A stretch of DNA of 36,689 nt, taken from positions 1 to 36,689 of the forward strand of contig CAYFVS010000008.1 of the NCBI GenBank assembly GCA_964346565.1. The letters are read 5' to 3'. The notes under the pieces were generated by a model. That model had not been told where the DNA came from. It saw nothing but the letters and a program-made list of their open reading frames with translations, and searched no databases. Source of the stretch: an uncultured candidatus Brocadiaceae bacterium (lineage in GTDB: Bacteria > Planctomycetota > Brocadiia > SM23-32). Of this stretch, positions 22,229-30,647 are shown in pieces. The stretch's first letter is position 1, and every line of letters begins with the position of its first letter. The position numbers were made by a program, and so were the translations under genes.

Positions 22229-24127
22229 ATGACAGAGGACCCCGCCGACCTGCTGCAAGGCCGCCTGGACGCGGAGAACTACGCGAAGCTCGTCGCCCTC
22301 CGCAATCCGAAACTCCAGCGGTTCGTGGCGGAGTTCATCCGCCTCTGCCGACCCGAGTCCGTCTTCGTGGCCACCGACTCGGCCGAGGACGTCGCCTACG
22401 TATGCAGGCGCGCCGTGGAGCTGACCGAGGAACGCCCCCTGGCCACCGAAGGGCATACCGTGCACTTCGACGGCCCTCAGGACCAGGCGCGCGACAAGGC
22501 GCGCACCTGCTATCTGGTGCCGCCGGGGGTGGACCTGGGGGAGAGGCTCAACACGGTGGAGAAGGCGGAGGGCGTGCGTGAGGTGCGCAGCTTCCTCGAG
22601 GGCAGCATGGCGGGCAAGGAGATGTTCGTGCGGTTCTTCTGCCTGGGGCCGTGTGGCTCGGAGTTCTCCATACGCTGCGCCCAGCTCACCGACTCCGCCT
22701 ACGTGGCGCACAGCGAGGACCTGCTCTACCGCCAGGGCTACGAGGAGTTCCGCCGTTTCGGCGAGTCGGAGGGCTTCTTCCGCTTCGTCCACAGCGCCGG
22801 CGAACTGGCCCCGCCGCTGGAGCCCGAGTGGGGCACCCCCGTCAGCAGGCACGCGAGTAAGCGGCGCATCTACATAGACCTGGAAGAGAACCTTGTCTAC
22901 AGCACCAACACCCAGTACGGCGGCAACACCATTGGGCTGAAGAAGCTCGCCCTCCGGCTGGCCATCCGCAAGGCCGACCGCGAGCGATGGCTGGCTGAGC
23001 ACATGCTGGTGATGGGCGTCAGGGGTCCCGGCGGGCGGGTCAGCTACTTCACAGGTGCATTCCCCAGCCTGTGTGGCAAGACCTCCACCTCCATGGCGCC
23101 CGGCGAGAGCATCGTCGGCGACGACATCGCCTACCTGCGGCGAATGGACGGCGTGGTCCGCGCGGTGAACGTCGAGAGGGGCGTGTTCGGCATCATCCGG
23201 GACAAGAACATGGAGGATGATCCCATCACCTGCCGGGCGTTGCGTTCGCCTGGCGAGATCATCTTCTCCAACGTGCTGGTTGACCCTGACGGCGTGCCTT
23301 ACTGGTTGGGCAAGGACGGCCCGTGCCCCGAGGAGGGCGTCAACTTCCAGGGCCGCTGGCAGCCGGGCAAGAGCGGCCAGGACGGTAAGGAGATACCCCC
23401 GTCCCACCGCAACGCGCGCTATACGATCCGGCTCGCGGACCTGCCCAACTGCGACGACCGGCTGGACGACCCCCAGGGCGTGCCCATCGGCGGCATCATC
23501 TACGGCGGGCGGGACAGCGACACCTGGGTCCCCGTCGAGCAGGCGTTCGACTGGACCCACGGCATCGTCACCAAGGGCGCCAGCCTGGAGTCGGAGACCA
23601 CCGCCGCCACCTTGGGCGAAGAGGGTGTCCGCAAGTTCAACCTGATGGCCATCATGGACTTCGTGGCCATCCCGCTGGGCCGCTACGTGCAGAACAACCT
23701 GGAGTTCGGCGCCGGTCTGGCAGAGCCGCCTCTGGTGTTCGGCGTCAACTACTTCCTGCGAGGCGAGGACGGACGCTGCCTGAACGCCATTCCCGACAAG
23801 CGCGTCTGGCTGAAGTGGATGGAGCGGCGGGTGCACGGGGAAGCGGACGCCATCCGGACGCCAACCGGGCTCATCCCCCGCTATTCCCTCCTGCGGGAGC
23901 TGTTCGATTCGGTCCTCGGCAAGGACTACGGCAGGGAGGACTACGAGCGGCAGTTCGCCACCCGCGCGCCGCAGCACCTGCAGAAGCTGGAGCGGGTCGA
24001 GAGCATCTATCGCACGCAAGTGGACGACACCCCGGAGGCCGTCTTCGAGGTGATCGCTCAGCAGCGCGACCGGCTCGAACAGGCGCGCGCAGAACTGGGG
24101 GACGTCATATCACCTTTCCGGTTCTGA
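22229..24127 (+). CDS. pckG: phosphoenolpyruvate carboxykinase (GTP-type)
   Basis: Kinase-1a region GAFPSLCGKTSTSM (consensus FPSACGKTN), GDDIAYL, and a length of 632 aa. Confidence 0.9.
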   Translation: MTEDPADLLQGRLDAENYAKLVALRNPKLQRFVAEFIRLCRPESVFVATDSAEDVAYVCRRAVELTEERPLATEGHTVHFDGPQDQARDKARTCYLVPPGVDLGERLNTVEKAEGVREVRSFLEGSMAGKEMFVRFFCLGPCGSEFSIRCAQLTDSAYVAHSEDLLYRQGYEEFRRFGESEGFFRFVHSAGELAPPLEPEWGTPVSRHASKRRIYIDLEENLVYSTNTQYGGNTIGLKKLALRLAIRKADRERWLAEHMLVMGVRGPGGRVSYFTGAFPSLCGKTSTSMAPGESIVGDDIAYLRRMDGVVRAVNVERGVFGIIRDKNMEDDPITCRALRSPGEIIFSNVLVDPDGVPYWLGKDGPCPEEGVNFQGRWQPGKSGQDGKEIPPSHRNARYTIRLADLPNCDDRLDDPQGVPIGGIIYGGRDSDTWVPVEQAFDWTHGIVTKGASLESETTAATLGEEGVRKFNLMAIMDFVAIPLGRYVQNNLEFGAGLAEPPLVFGVNYFLRGEDGRCLNAIPDKRVWLKWMERRVHGEADAIRTPTGLIPRYSLLRELFDSVLGKDYGREDYERQFATRAPQHLQKLERVESIYRTQVDDTPEAVFEVIAQQRDRLEQARAELGDVISPFRF

Positions 24128-24262
24128 GCGGGGCTCCGCAGCCCGCGTGGGAGCGATTCACGGCACCGTTCGGAACGCGGGCTTTACTTCGGCCTCGCTA
24201 ATCCCGTTAACTATGAGCACGGGAGGGTTGCGCTTCCGTCCGCCGGCAGGGCGCGCACCGAG

Positions 24263-25168
24263 ATGACCCCGAACGCCCCGAGAGAGCGCCGCACCGTGGC
24301 AGAGCTGCTCGACATGACGACCCACATGCTGCGGGAAGCCGGCGTCGAGGACGCGCGGCTGAATGCCGAGCTGCTGCTGGCCGAGGCGCTCGCGTGCGCC
24401 CGATCTGTGCTGCACGCCCACCCTGACCGCCGGGTGCCTGAAGTGGCGCGGCGGCAGTTCACCCGCCTGGCCCGCCGACGGGCTGCCCGCGAGCCACTGC
24501 AGCAGTTGCTCGGGCACTGGGAGTTCTTCGGACGCGAGTTCCTGATCACCCCGGACGTGATGGTCCCGCGCCAGGAGACCGAGCTGCTCGTGGCCGTGTG
24601 CCTGGAGCTTACCGGCCCCGGGGCCGAGGCATGGGCCGCCGACGTGGGCACGGGCAGCGGAGCTGTAGGCGTCACGCTGGCGGCGGAGCGGGCGGCGCTG
24701 TGGGTGGTCTGCACCGACAGCTCCTCGGCCGCCCTCGAGGTCGCCCGTCGCAACGCCGAGCGACACGGCGTGGCCGGGCGCGTGCATTTCGCGCAGGGCG
24801 AACTGGCGAGGCCGGCGCGCGCCTGCCTGCCCCCGGGCCGCGAGGGGGTGGAACTCGTCGTCTCCAATCCACCCTACGTCCCGTCCGAGCGCATCGAGAC
24901 GCTCCCCCCGGAGGTGCGGGACCACGAGCCGCGAGCCGCGCTGGACGGCGGCCCGGACGGGCTGGAGGTCGTCCGGCGGCTGATCCCCCAGGCGGCCGAC
25001 CTGCTGCTACGCGGAGGGTGTCTGGCCCTGGAGCTGGGGGAAGATCAGGCCGAACCGGTCGCGGAGCTGCTGAGGCAGGACGGGAGGTTCGACATGGACA
25101 CGCTGGCGACGCGGCGCGACTCGACGGGCTGCGCGCGCGTGCTTTGGATCCGGAAGCTGACCGCATAG
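24263..25168 (+). CDS. prmC: release-factor glutamine N5-methyltransferase
   Basis: REPLQQLLGHWEFFGREFLITPDVMVPRQETE, DVGTGSGAVG and VSNPPYV (NPPY) motifs. Confidence 0.9.
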   Translation: MTPNAPRERRTVAELLDMTTHMLREAGVEDARLNAELLLAEALACARSVLHAHPDRRVPEVARRQFTRLARRRAAREPLQQLLGHWEFFGREFLITPDVMVPRQETELLVAVCLELTGPGAEAWAADVGTGSGAVGVTLAAERAALWVVCTDSSSAALEVARRNAERHGVAGRVHFAQGELARPARACLPPGREGVELVVSNPPYVPSERIETLPPEVRDHEPRAALDGGPDGLEVVRRLIPQAADLLLRGGCLALELGEDQAEPVAELLRQDGRFDMDTLATRRDSTGCARVLWIRKLTA

Positions 25169-25183
25169 GGCGAGGCCGGCACA

Positions 25184-26506
25184 ATGCAGGAGTTCGTGAT
25201 ACGCGGCGGCAGGCCCCTGCACGGCACAGTGCGGGCGAACGGGGCCAAGAACGCCGCCCTCCCCATCATGGCCGCTTCCATGCTGGCCGAGGGGACGACC
25301 GTCCTGCACCGCGTGCCTCGCCTGAGTGACGTAGAGACGATGGGAGCCATTCTGCGTGCGCTGGGGGTCGCACTCAGGTGGCGGGACAGGCACGCCGTGG
25401 AACTGCGCTCGACCGGGACGGACGTCACCGTGGCCCCCCGCGAACTGGTGCGCCGGATGCGTGCCAGCGTCTGCCTGCTGGGGCCGCTGCTGGCCACGCG
25501 TGGGGCCGCGACGCTGCCGTTGCCCGGCGGATGCGTCATAGGCGACCGACCCATAGACCTGCACCTGAAGGGCCTCCGCGCGCTGGGGGCCAGCATCCGG
25601 GAAGACGAGCACCAGGTCTATGCCCGGGCCCCCGCCCTGCGGGGGACGACGGTGCCGATGGCCGGCCCGCGCGGCTCCACCGTGCTGGGCACGGCCAACG
25701 TCATGATGGCCGCCTGCCTGGCCGAGGGCACCACCGTGATCGAGCACGCCGCCTGCGAGCCGGAAGTGCAGGACCTGGCGCGGTTCCTGACGGCCTGTGG
25801 GGCGGAGATATCCGGCATCGGCACGCGCACGCTCACCATCACCGGCCGGGAGCACCTGGAAGGCTGCGAGCACACCCTCATACCGGACCGCATCGAGGCG
25901 GGAACCTACCTGATAGCGGGGGCGATCACCGGCGGCAAGGTCAGCGTCGAGGGCCTGCGGCCCGGGCACATGCAGGCCACCGTCCACGCGATGGAGCAGA
26001 TGGGCATCGAGTTCGGCCGCGACGAGGACACGCTGTGGGCCGGCCGTCGCAGCCCGCTGTGCGCCGCGGACATCACCACCTACCCCTACCCCGGGCTGCC
26101 CACCGACATGCAGCCCCAGCTCAGCACGCTGCTGGCCCTGGCCGAAGGCACCAGCACGGTGACCGAGGGCGTCTATCCGGACAGGTTCACCCACGTGGCG
26201 CCCCTTCGCCGGATGGGCGCCCGCATGGTGCGGAAGGGCTCGCGGATGATCGTGCGGGGGGTGGGCCGTCTGAGCGGGGCCCGGGTCAAAGCCACCGACC
26301 TGCGGGCCGGCGCCGCCCTGGTGCTGGCCGGGCTCGTCGGCGAGGGGGTGACCACCGTCCAGGGGGTAGACCAGATAGACCGCGGCTACGAGGACCTGGA
26401 GGACGTCCTGGGAAACCTGGGGGCGGACATCTCCCGGCGGGACGCCGAGTGGGCCGCCCCGGCCCGGCTGCCCGCCGACGGGCAGAGGGTGCGCCGCTCC
26501 GCCTGA
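25184..26506 (+). CDS. murA: UDP-N-acetylglucosamine 1-carboxyvinyltransferase
   Basis: FVIRGGRPLHGTVRANGAKNAALPIMAA, and PGGCVIGDRPIDLH carrying the catalytic Cys. Full-length MurA pattern. Confidence 0.95.
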   Translation: MQEFVIRGGRPLHGTVRANGAKNAALPIMAASMLAEGTTVLHRVPRLSDVETMGAILRALGVALRWRDRHAVELRSTGTDVTVAPRELVRRMRASVCLLGPLLATRGAATLPLPGGCVIGDRPIDLHLKGLRALGASIREDEHQVYARAPALRGTTVPMAGPRGSTVLGTANVMMAACLAEGTTVIEHAACEPEVQDLARFLTACGAEISGIGTRTLTITGREHLEGCEHTLIPDRIEAGTYLIAGAITGGKVSVEGLRPGHMQATVHAMEQMGIEFGRDEDTLWAGRRSPLCAADITTYPYPGLPTDMQPQLSTLLALAEGTSTVTEGVYPDRFTHVAPLRRMGARMVRKGSRMIVRGVGRLSGARVKATDLRAGAALVLAGLVGEGVTTVQGVDQIDRGYEDLEDVLGNLGADISRRDAEWAAPARLPADGQRVRRSA

Positions 26507-26519
26507 GCGCTGTCAACCG

Positions 26520-26548
26520 TTGCATTGGGCCCCTGGACGCCTTACAGT
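26520..26548 (+). promoter_or_regulatory. candidate promoter of the S55-propeller-YfhO operon
   Basis: TTGCAT (26520-26525), 17 nt, TACAGT (26543-26548). Confidence 0.35.
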
Positions 26549-26594
26549 AGGTGCACTCGCTCACTTGGGGCTCACCCCCTCATCGGGAGGTGCG

Positions 26595-28511
26595 ATGCGC
26601 AACATCAGAACGTTCCGGACGTGCCTTGCGCTGGCCCTCCTTGCGGCCCTCGCCGTCCCCGTGCCGGCCCACGCCCAGGACCTGCCCCCCATCATGCCCG
26701 TCTCGGAGGTGGAAGCCGGCATGACGGGCCACGGCCTGGCCACGCTCAAGGGCACCGAGCTGACCCGGTTTGACGTGGAGGTGCTGGGCGTGGTCAGAGG
26801 CTGGTATCCGAAGGGTGACATGATACTGATCCGCTTCAGCGGGCCCATCGTGGACGAGGCCGGCATCATCGCGGGCATGAGCGGCAGCCCGGTCTTCATC
26901 CAGGACCGCCTGATCGGCGCCGTGGCCTACGGGTGGTTCTTCTCGAAGGTGCCGCTGGCTGGCGTGACGCCCGCCGAGGAGATGCTCAGGGTCCAGCGGA
27001 TGGACCAGGAGGGAGCGGACCAGGACGCCGAGGAGGCCCGCTCAGAGGCGGCCCGCGCTATGCGGCGGAAGGCGGACGAACTGGCGCTCATGCTCACCGA
27101 GCGCCGTGACGGATGGCTGCCGGCCGACCGGCTGGACCGGGCCTTGACGCGCGCCGCCGTTCCGCCGGCTTTGCGCCCCCGCCGGCAGGCTGCACCCACC
27201 CTCCGCTGGCCCCTGGGCGACGGACAGGTGGCCGAGCTTTCCCCCCTGCCGCTGCCCCTGTCGGTCTCCGGCGCCGGAGCCGACGCGGCCGGCCTGCTGG
27301 CCGCCCTGAGCGGGACGGCACTGATGCCCATCCAGGCCAGCGCTGGCGGCGCCGAGCAAAAGGGCGAACCGCCGGAGGCCGTGCCAGGCGCGGTGGTCGG
27401 CAGCGCGTTCATCACCGGCGACATGGAGGTAGCCGGCATGGGCACCGCCACCTGGGTGGACGGCGACCGGGTGGTGGCCTTCGGCCACCCTTTGCTCAGT
27501 GCGGGACGCGTGGACCTGCCCATGGTTCTGGGACGCGACGCCATCGTGGTGCCCAGCATCCGGCGCTCCTTCCGCATCAGCAATCCGGACCGCATCGTGG
27601 GGCGCATCGTTGAGGACCGCGACTCCTGCGTAGTGGGCCGGCTGGGCGAGGAGGCTCCCATGTTCCCCTGCACCGTGCAGGTGAAAGGCCTGGCGGGCGA
27701 CACCTACAACTACCGCGTGGCCGGCTACTGGCAGACTGCGCCGGTATTCGCCACCCTGGCCGTTGCCTACAGCAGCATGCGCTGGCAGGGCGAGGGCCAG
27801 CGCTACACGCTGGACGTGACCTCGAAGGTGCACCTGACGGGTCGCGAGGAACCGGTCGTGCTGCGCAATGAGTTCGCCACCGAATCGGTGATGATGCCCG
27901 TGTTCGAGATGGTGGCCATGCCGCTGATCGCCGTGACCGTCAACCCCTTCCGGCGGGTGGACATCGCCGGGGTGGACTACGAGGTCGAGGCGCGGAAGGG
28001 CTTCGACGCCGCCCTCGTGCGGTCGGTCCGGGCGGACCGCCTGCGGGCCGAGCCCGGCTCGGAGGTCAACCTGCACATTCGCCTGCAGAAGTGGCGGGGA
28101 GAGGAGCTGACCCGGAAGGTCACCCTCCCGATCCCGGAGACCGCCCGCCCGGGGACGAGCGCGGAAGTGCTTGTCTGCGACGCCATGACAAACGAGATGA
28201 TAAGGGCCCGGCTGGACCCGGGCTTCTTCGCACCGAAGAGCTTCGAGCAGCTTATCGAGATGCTGGAAGGCATGGAGTCAAACCGCCGCCTGGTGGTGCG
28301 TTCGGCCTTCGTCGAGCAGGGCGTCCGCTACGCCGGGCAGCCCATGCCCGCCCTGCCCCCGTCCGCCCTGAACATCCTGCAGTTCGCCGGGGCGGGAAGC
28401 GCCGAGGAGCTCGTCACCGACCAGGTCCAAACCGTCGAGACGCCCTGGATCCTCCAGGGCGCGCACACGATCCGGATCAGCATCATCGAACCCGAGCCGC
28501 ACGAACCATGA
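26595..28511 (+). CDS. secreted SpoIVB-type (S55) serine peptidase domain protein
   Basis: GGGAGG precedes ATG 26595. Signal peptide MRNIRTFRTCLALALLAALAVPVPAHA. Core: VEAGMTGHGLATLKG...ILIRFSGPIVDEAGIIAGMSGSPVFIQDRLIGAVAYGW. Confidence 0.8.
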   Translation: MRNIRTFRTCLALALLAALAVPVPAHAQDLPPIMPVSEVEAGMTGHGLATLKGTELTRFDVEVLGVVRGWYPKGDMILIRFSGPIVDEAGIIAGMSGSPVFIQDRLIGAVAYGWFFSKVPLAGVTPAEEMLRVQRMDQEGADQDAEEARSEAARAMRRKADELALMLTERRDGWLPADRLDRALTRAAVPPALRPRRQAAPTLRWPLGDGQVAELSPLPLPLSVSGAGADAAGLLAALSGTALMPIQASAGGAEQKGEPPEAVPGAVVGSAFITGDMEVAGMGTATWVDGDRVVAFGHPLLSAGRVDLPMVLGRDAIVVPSIRRSFRISNPDRIVGRIVEDRDSCVVGRLGEEAPMFPCTVQVKGLAGDTYNYRVAGYWQTAPVFATLAVAYSSMRWQGEGQRYTLDVTSKVHLTGREEPVVLRNEFATESVMMPVFEMVAMPLIAVTVNPFRRVDIAGVDYEVEARKGFDAALVRSVRADRLRAEPGSEVNLHIRLQKWRGEELTRKVTLPIPETARPGTSAEVLVCDAMTNEMIRARLDPGFFAPKSFEQLIEMLEGMESNRRLVVRSAFVEQGVRYAGQPMPALPPSALNILQFAGAGSAEELVTDQVQTVETPWILQGAHTIRISIIEPEPHEP

Positions 28512-28534
28512 ACACAGCCAACCCGGAGACAGCC

Positions 28535-30643
28535 ATGCACAAGACCCTCACACTGCTGACGGCCGCTCTGCTGGCCCTCTGCCCCGTGGCCGCACGCGCG
28601 GAGACCTGGACCACGGCCGGCGCTGCGCAGTTCGCCGCCGGCGAGCTGGATGCCGTTTCGGTCCGCTCCACCGGCGAGGTGGTCCTGGCCCCGGCGGCCG
28701 AGCAGATAGAGGGCGTCGAGTGCGAGTTCGTCTGGGACATCGAGGCGTCCCACGAGGGCGATGTCTACGTCGGCACGGGATCGCCGGGAGGCGTCTTCGT
28801 GCTGCGGAAGGAGGGCCTGGAGCAGCTCTACGAGTCGGACAAGCAACACGTGCTCAGCGTCCTGCCCCTGCTGGACGGCGCCGTGCTGGCCGCCGTCGCC
28901 CCGGATGGCCTGATACTGAAGATCGACCGCCACGGCGAGGTCGCCACCTTCGCGGAGCTGCAGGAAACCTATGTCTGGGACATGGCCATGGGTCCGACGC
29001 ACGCCATCTACTGCGCCACGGGGCCGGAGGGGAGACTGATGCAGTTCGACCGCACCGGAGAGGCCACCGAGCTGCTCAAGGTCGAACAGAAGCACCTGAT
29101 GTGCGTGGCGACCGACGCCGACGGCGGCGTTTACGCGGGCTCCGCGCCGGACGGATACCTCTATCGGGTCGAGCACGGGGGGAAGTCCTCTCTGCTCTAC
29201 GACGCTGAGGAGGGGGAGGTGCACGACGTGATGGTGGCCCCTGATGGGGCCGTCTACATCTGCACGGCCCAGGCGCAGTCCGGGCCCCAGCCGCCCTCGC
29301 AGCCACCCGAAGGCAACGGCCCTCCCGCGCCGCCTACCCCGGGGCCGCCCATCGAAGGCGCACCCGCCGCTGCGAACAGCATCTACCGCGTTGTGCCCGG
29401 GGAGGGCGCCTCGCTGGTGGCCCGGCTGGACCAGATGTTCATCCTGGCGCTTGGGCTGCGCGATGGACGCATCCTGGCAGGCACGGGACCCGGCGGCCGC
29501 CTGATGGCCGTCGAGCCCGACGAGACGCAGCTTGTGCTCTCGGAACTCGAAGCGGCACACATCACCTCCCTGGCCGTCCGGCCGGACGGACAGGTCATCC
29601 TGGGCACGGCGAACGCGGGCACGCTGTGGCGCCTGGGCACCGAACCGGCGGCCAGCGGCGCACTGGTCAGCAAGGCGTTCGACGCGGGGTTCCTATCGAC
29701 CTGGGGCCGGCTGTGGTGGCGGGCGGACCAGGCCACCGGCCAGCAGGTGCGGCTGAAGGTGCGCACGGGCAACTCCGCCGAACCGGACGATCACTGGAGC
29801 GAGTGGTCCAGCTGGGCCGTGGACGCAGAGGGGGAGAAGCCGGACCTGCCGCTGGGCCGGTTCGCTCAGTTCAGCGCGGAGCTTTCCACCCACGCCGGCG
29901 CCGGCACGCCCGTCCTCTACGAGGTGAACGTCAGCTACCGCCAGACCAACCGCAAGCCGCGCATCATGGACTTGCTGGTGGACGGGGAGAGCCTGCTGCG
30001 CCCGGACGGCGCAGAACAGCAGGGCCAGCAGGGCCCTCCTTCCCGACGGCGCAGACCAGGCAGCGGCAACAACGGACAGGACCGCCTGACCAAGACCATC
30101 CGGTGGAAGGTGTCAGATCCCAACGAAGACGAGCTGGCCTACGACCTCTACTACCGCGGCGAGGACGAGAAACAGTGGAAGCCGCTCGAGGAGGACATCC
30201 GCGAGGAGACCAGCTACGAGTGGGACATCTCGCGCGTGCCCGGGGGCCGCTACCTGCTGAAGCTGGTCGCTCGGGACGACCTGTCCCGCGGGCCGGATCA
30301 GGCGCTTCGGGACGAGCGGGTGACCATCCCCCTGCCGGTTGACAACCGCCCGCCCGAGGTGGCCGACCTGAGCGCGGAGCGCCGGGAGGACGGCTCGTAC
30401 CTGATCCGCGGGACGGCGCGGGACGAGCTGACGCCGATCTCCCAGATCACCGTCAGTCACAACGCCGACGACTGGGAGGAGGTCTTCCCCGCCGACGGTA
30501 TCATGGACGCCATCGAGGAGGAGTTCACCTACGCCACTGAGGTGCTGGAGCCGGGCGAGCATGTGTTCGTCTTCGCCGCCGCCGACGGCAACGGCAATCC
30601 GGGCAGCGGCAGGATCGTAGTCACGGTTCCCGAGGAGGAATAA
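28535..30643 (+). CDS. secreted beta-propeller protein with two Y_Y_Y-type Ig-like domains
   Basis: GGAGA lies 5 nt before ATG 28535. Signal peptide MHKTLTLLTAALLALCPVAARA. Repeated DG-VY-G-GP-G-L blades. HWSEWSSW and LAYDLYYRGEDEKQWKPL...PGGRYLLKLVARDD resemble Y_Y_Y domains. Alternative ATG 28508 overlaps the upstream stop (ATGA). Confidence 0.75.
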   Translation: MHKTLTLLTAALLALCPVAARAETWTTAGAAQFAAGELDAVSVRSTGEVVLAPAAEQIEGVECEFVWDIEASHEGDVYVGTGSPGGVFVLRKEGLEQLYESDKQHVLSVLPLLDGAVLAAVAPDGLILKIDRHGEVATFAELQETYVWDMAMGPTHAIYCATGPEGRLMQFDRTGEATELLKVEQKHLMCVATDADGGVYAGSAPDGYLYRVEHGGKSSLLYDAEEGEVHDVMVAPDGAVYICTAQAQSGPQPPSQPPEGNGPPAPPTPGPPIEGAPAAANSIYRVVPGEGASLVARLDQMFILALGLRDGRILAGTGPGGRLMAVEPDETQLVLSELEAAHITSLAVRPDGQVILGTANAGTLWRLGTEPAASGALVSKAFDAGFLSTWGRLWWRADQATGQQVRLKVRTGNSAEPDDHWSEWSSWAVDAEGEKPDLPLGRFAQFSAELSTHAGAGTPVLYEVNVSYRQTNRKPRIMDLLVDGESLLRPDGAEQQGQQGPPSRRRRPGSGNNGQDRLTKTIRWKVSDPNEDELAYDLYYRGEDEKQWKPLEEDIREETSYEWDISRVPGGRYLLKLVARDDLSRGPDQALRDERVTIPLPVDNRPPEVADLSAERREDGSYLIRGTARDELTPISQITVSHNADDWEEVFPADGIMDAIEEEFTYATEVLEPGEHVFVFAAADGNGNPGSGRIVVTVPEEE

Positions 30644-30647
30644 GGCG

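Noticed and set aside
21910-22581. 223-aa ORF with a good GGAGG-6-ATG start in the pckG upstream gap
   Set aside because: It has no stop until 350 nt inside pckG, in a different frame. Its third-position GC is only about 70 percent. It has no motif. I kept it only as a possible short leader or coincidence (see the finding on the 860-nt gap).
21800-24019. 739-aa ORF antisense to pckG (also 22578-22877, 23217-23645 and other internal ORFs)
   Set aside because: These are shadow ORFs of pckG. They have the same high-GC artefact composition and no motifs.
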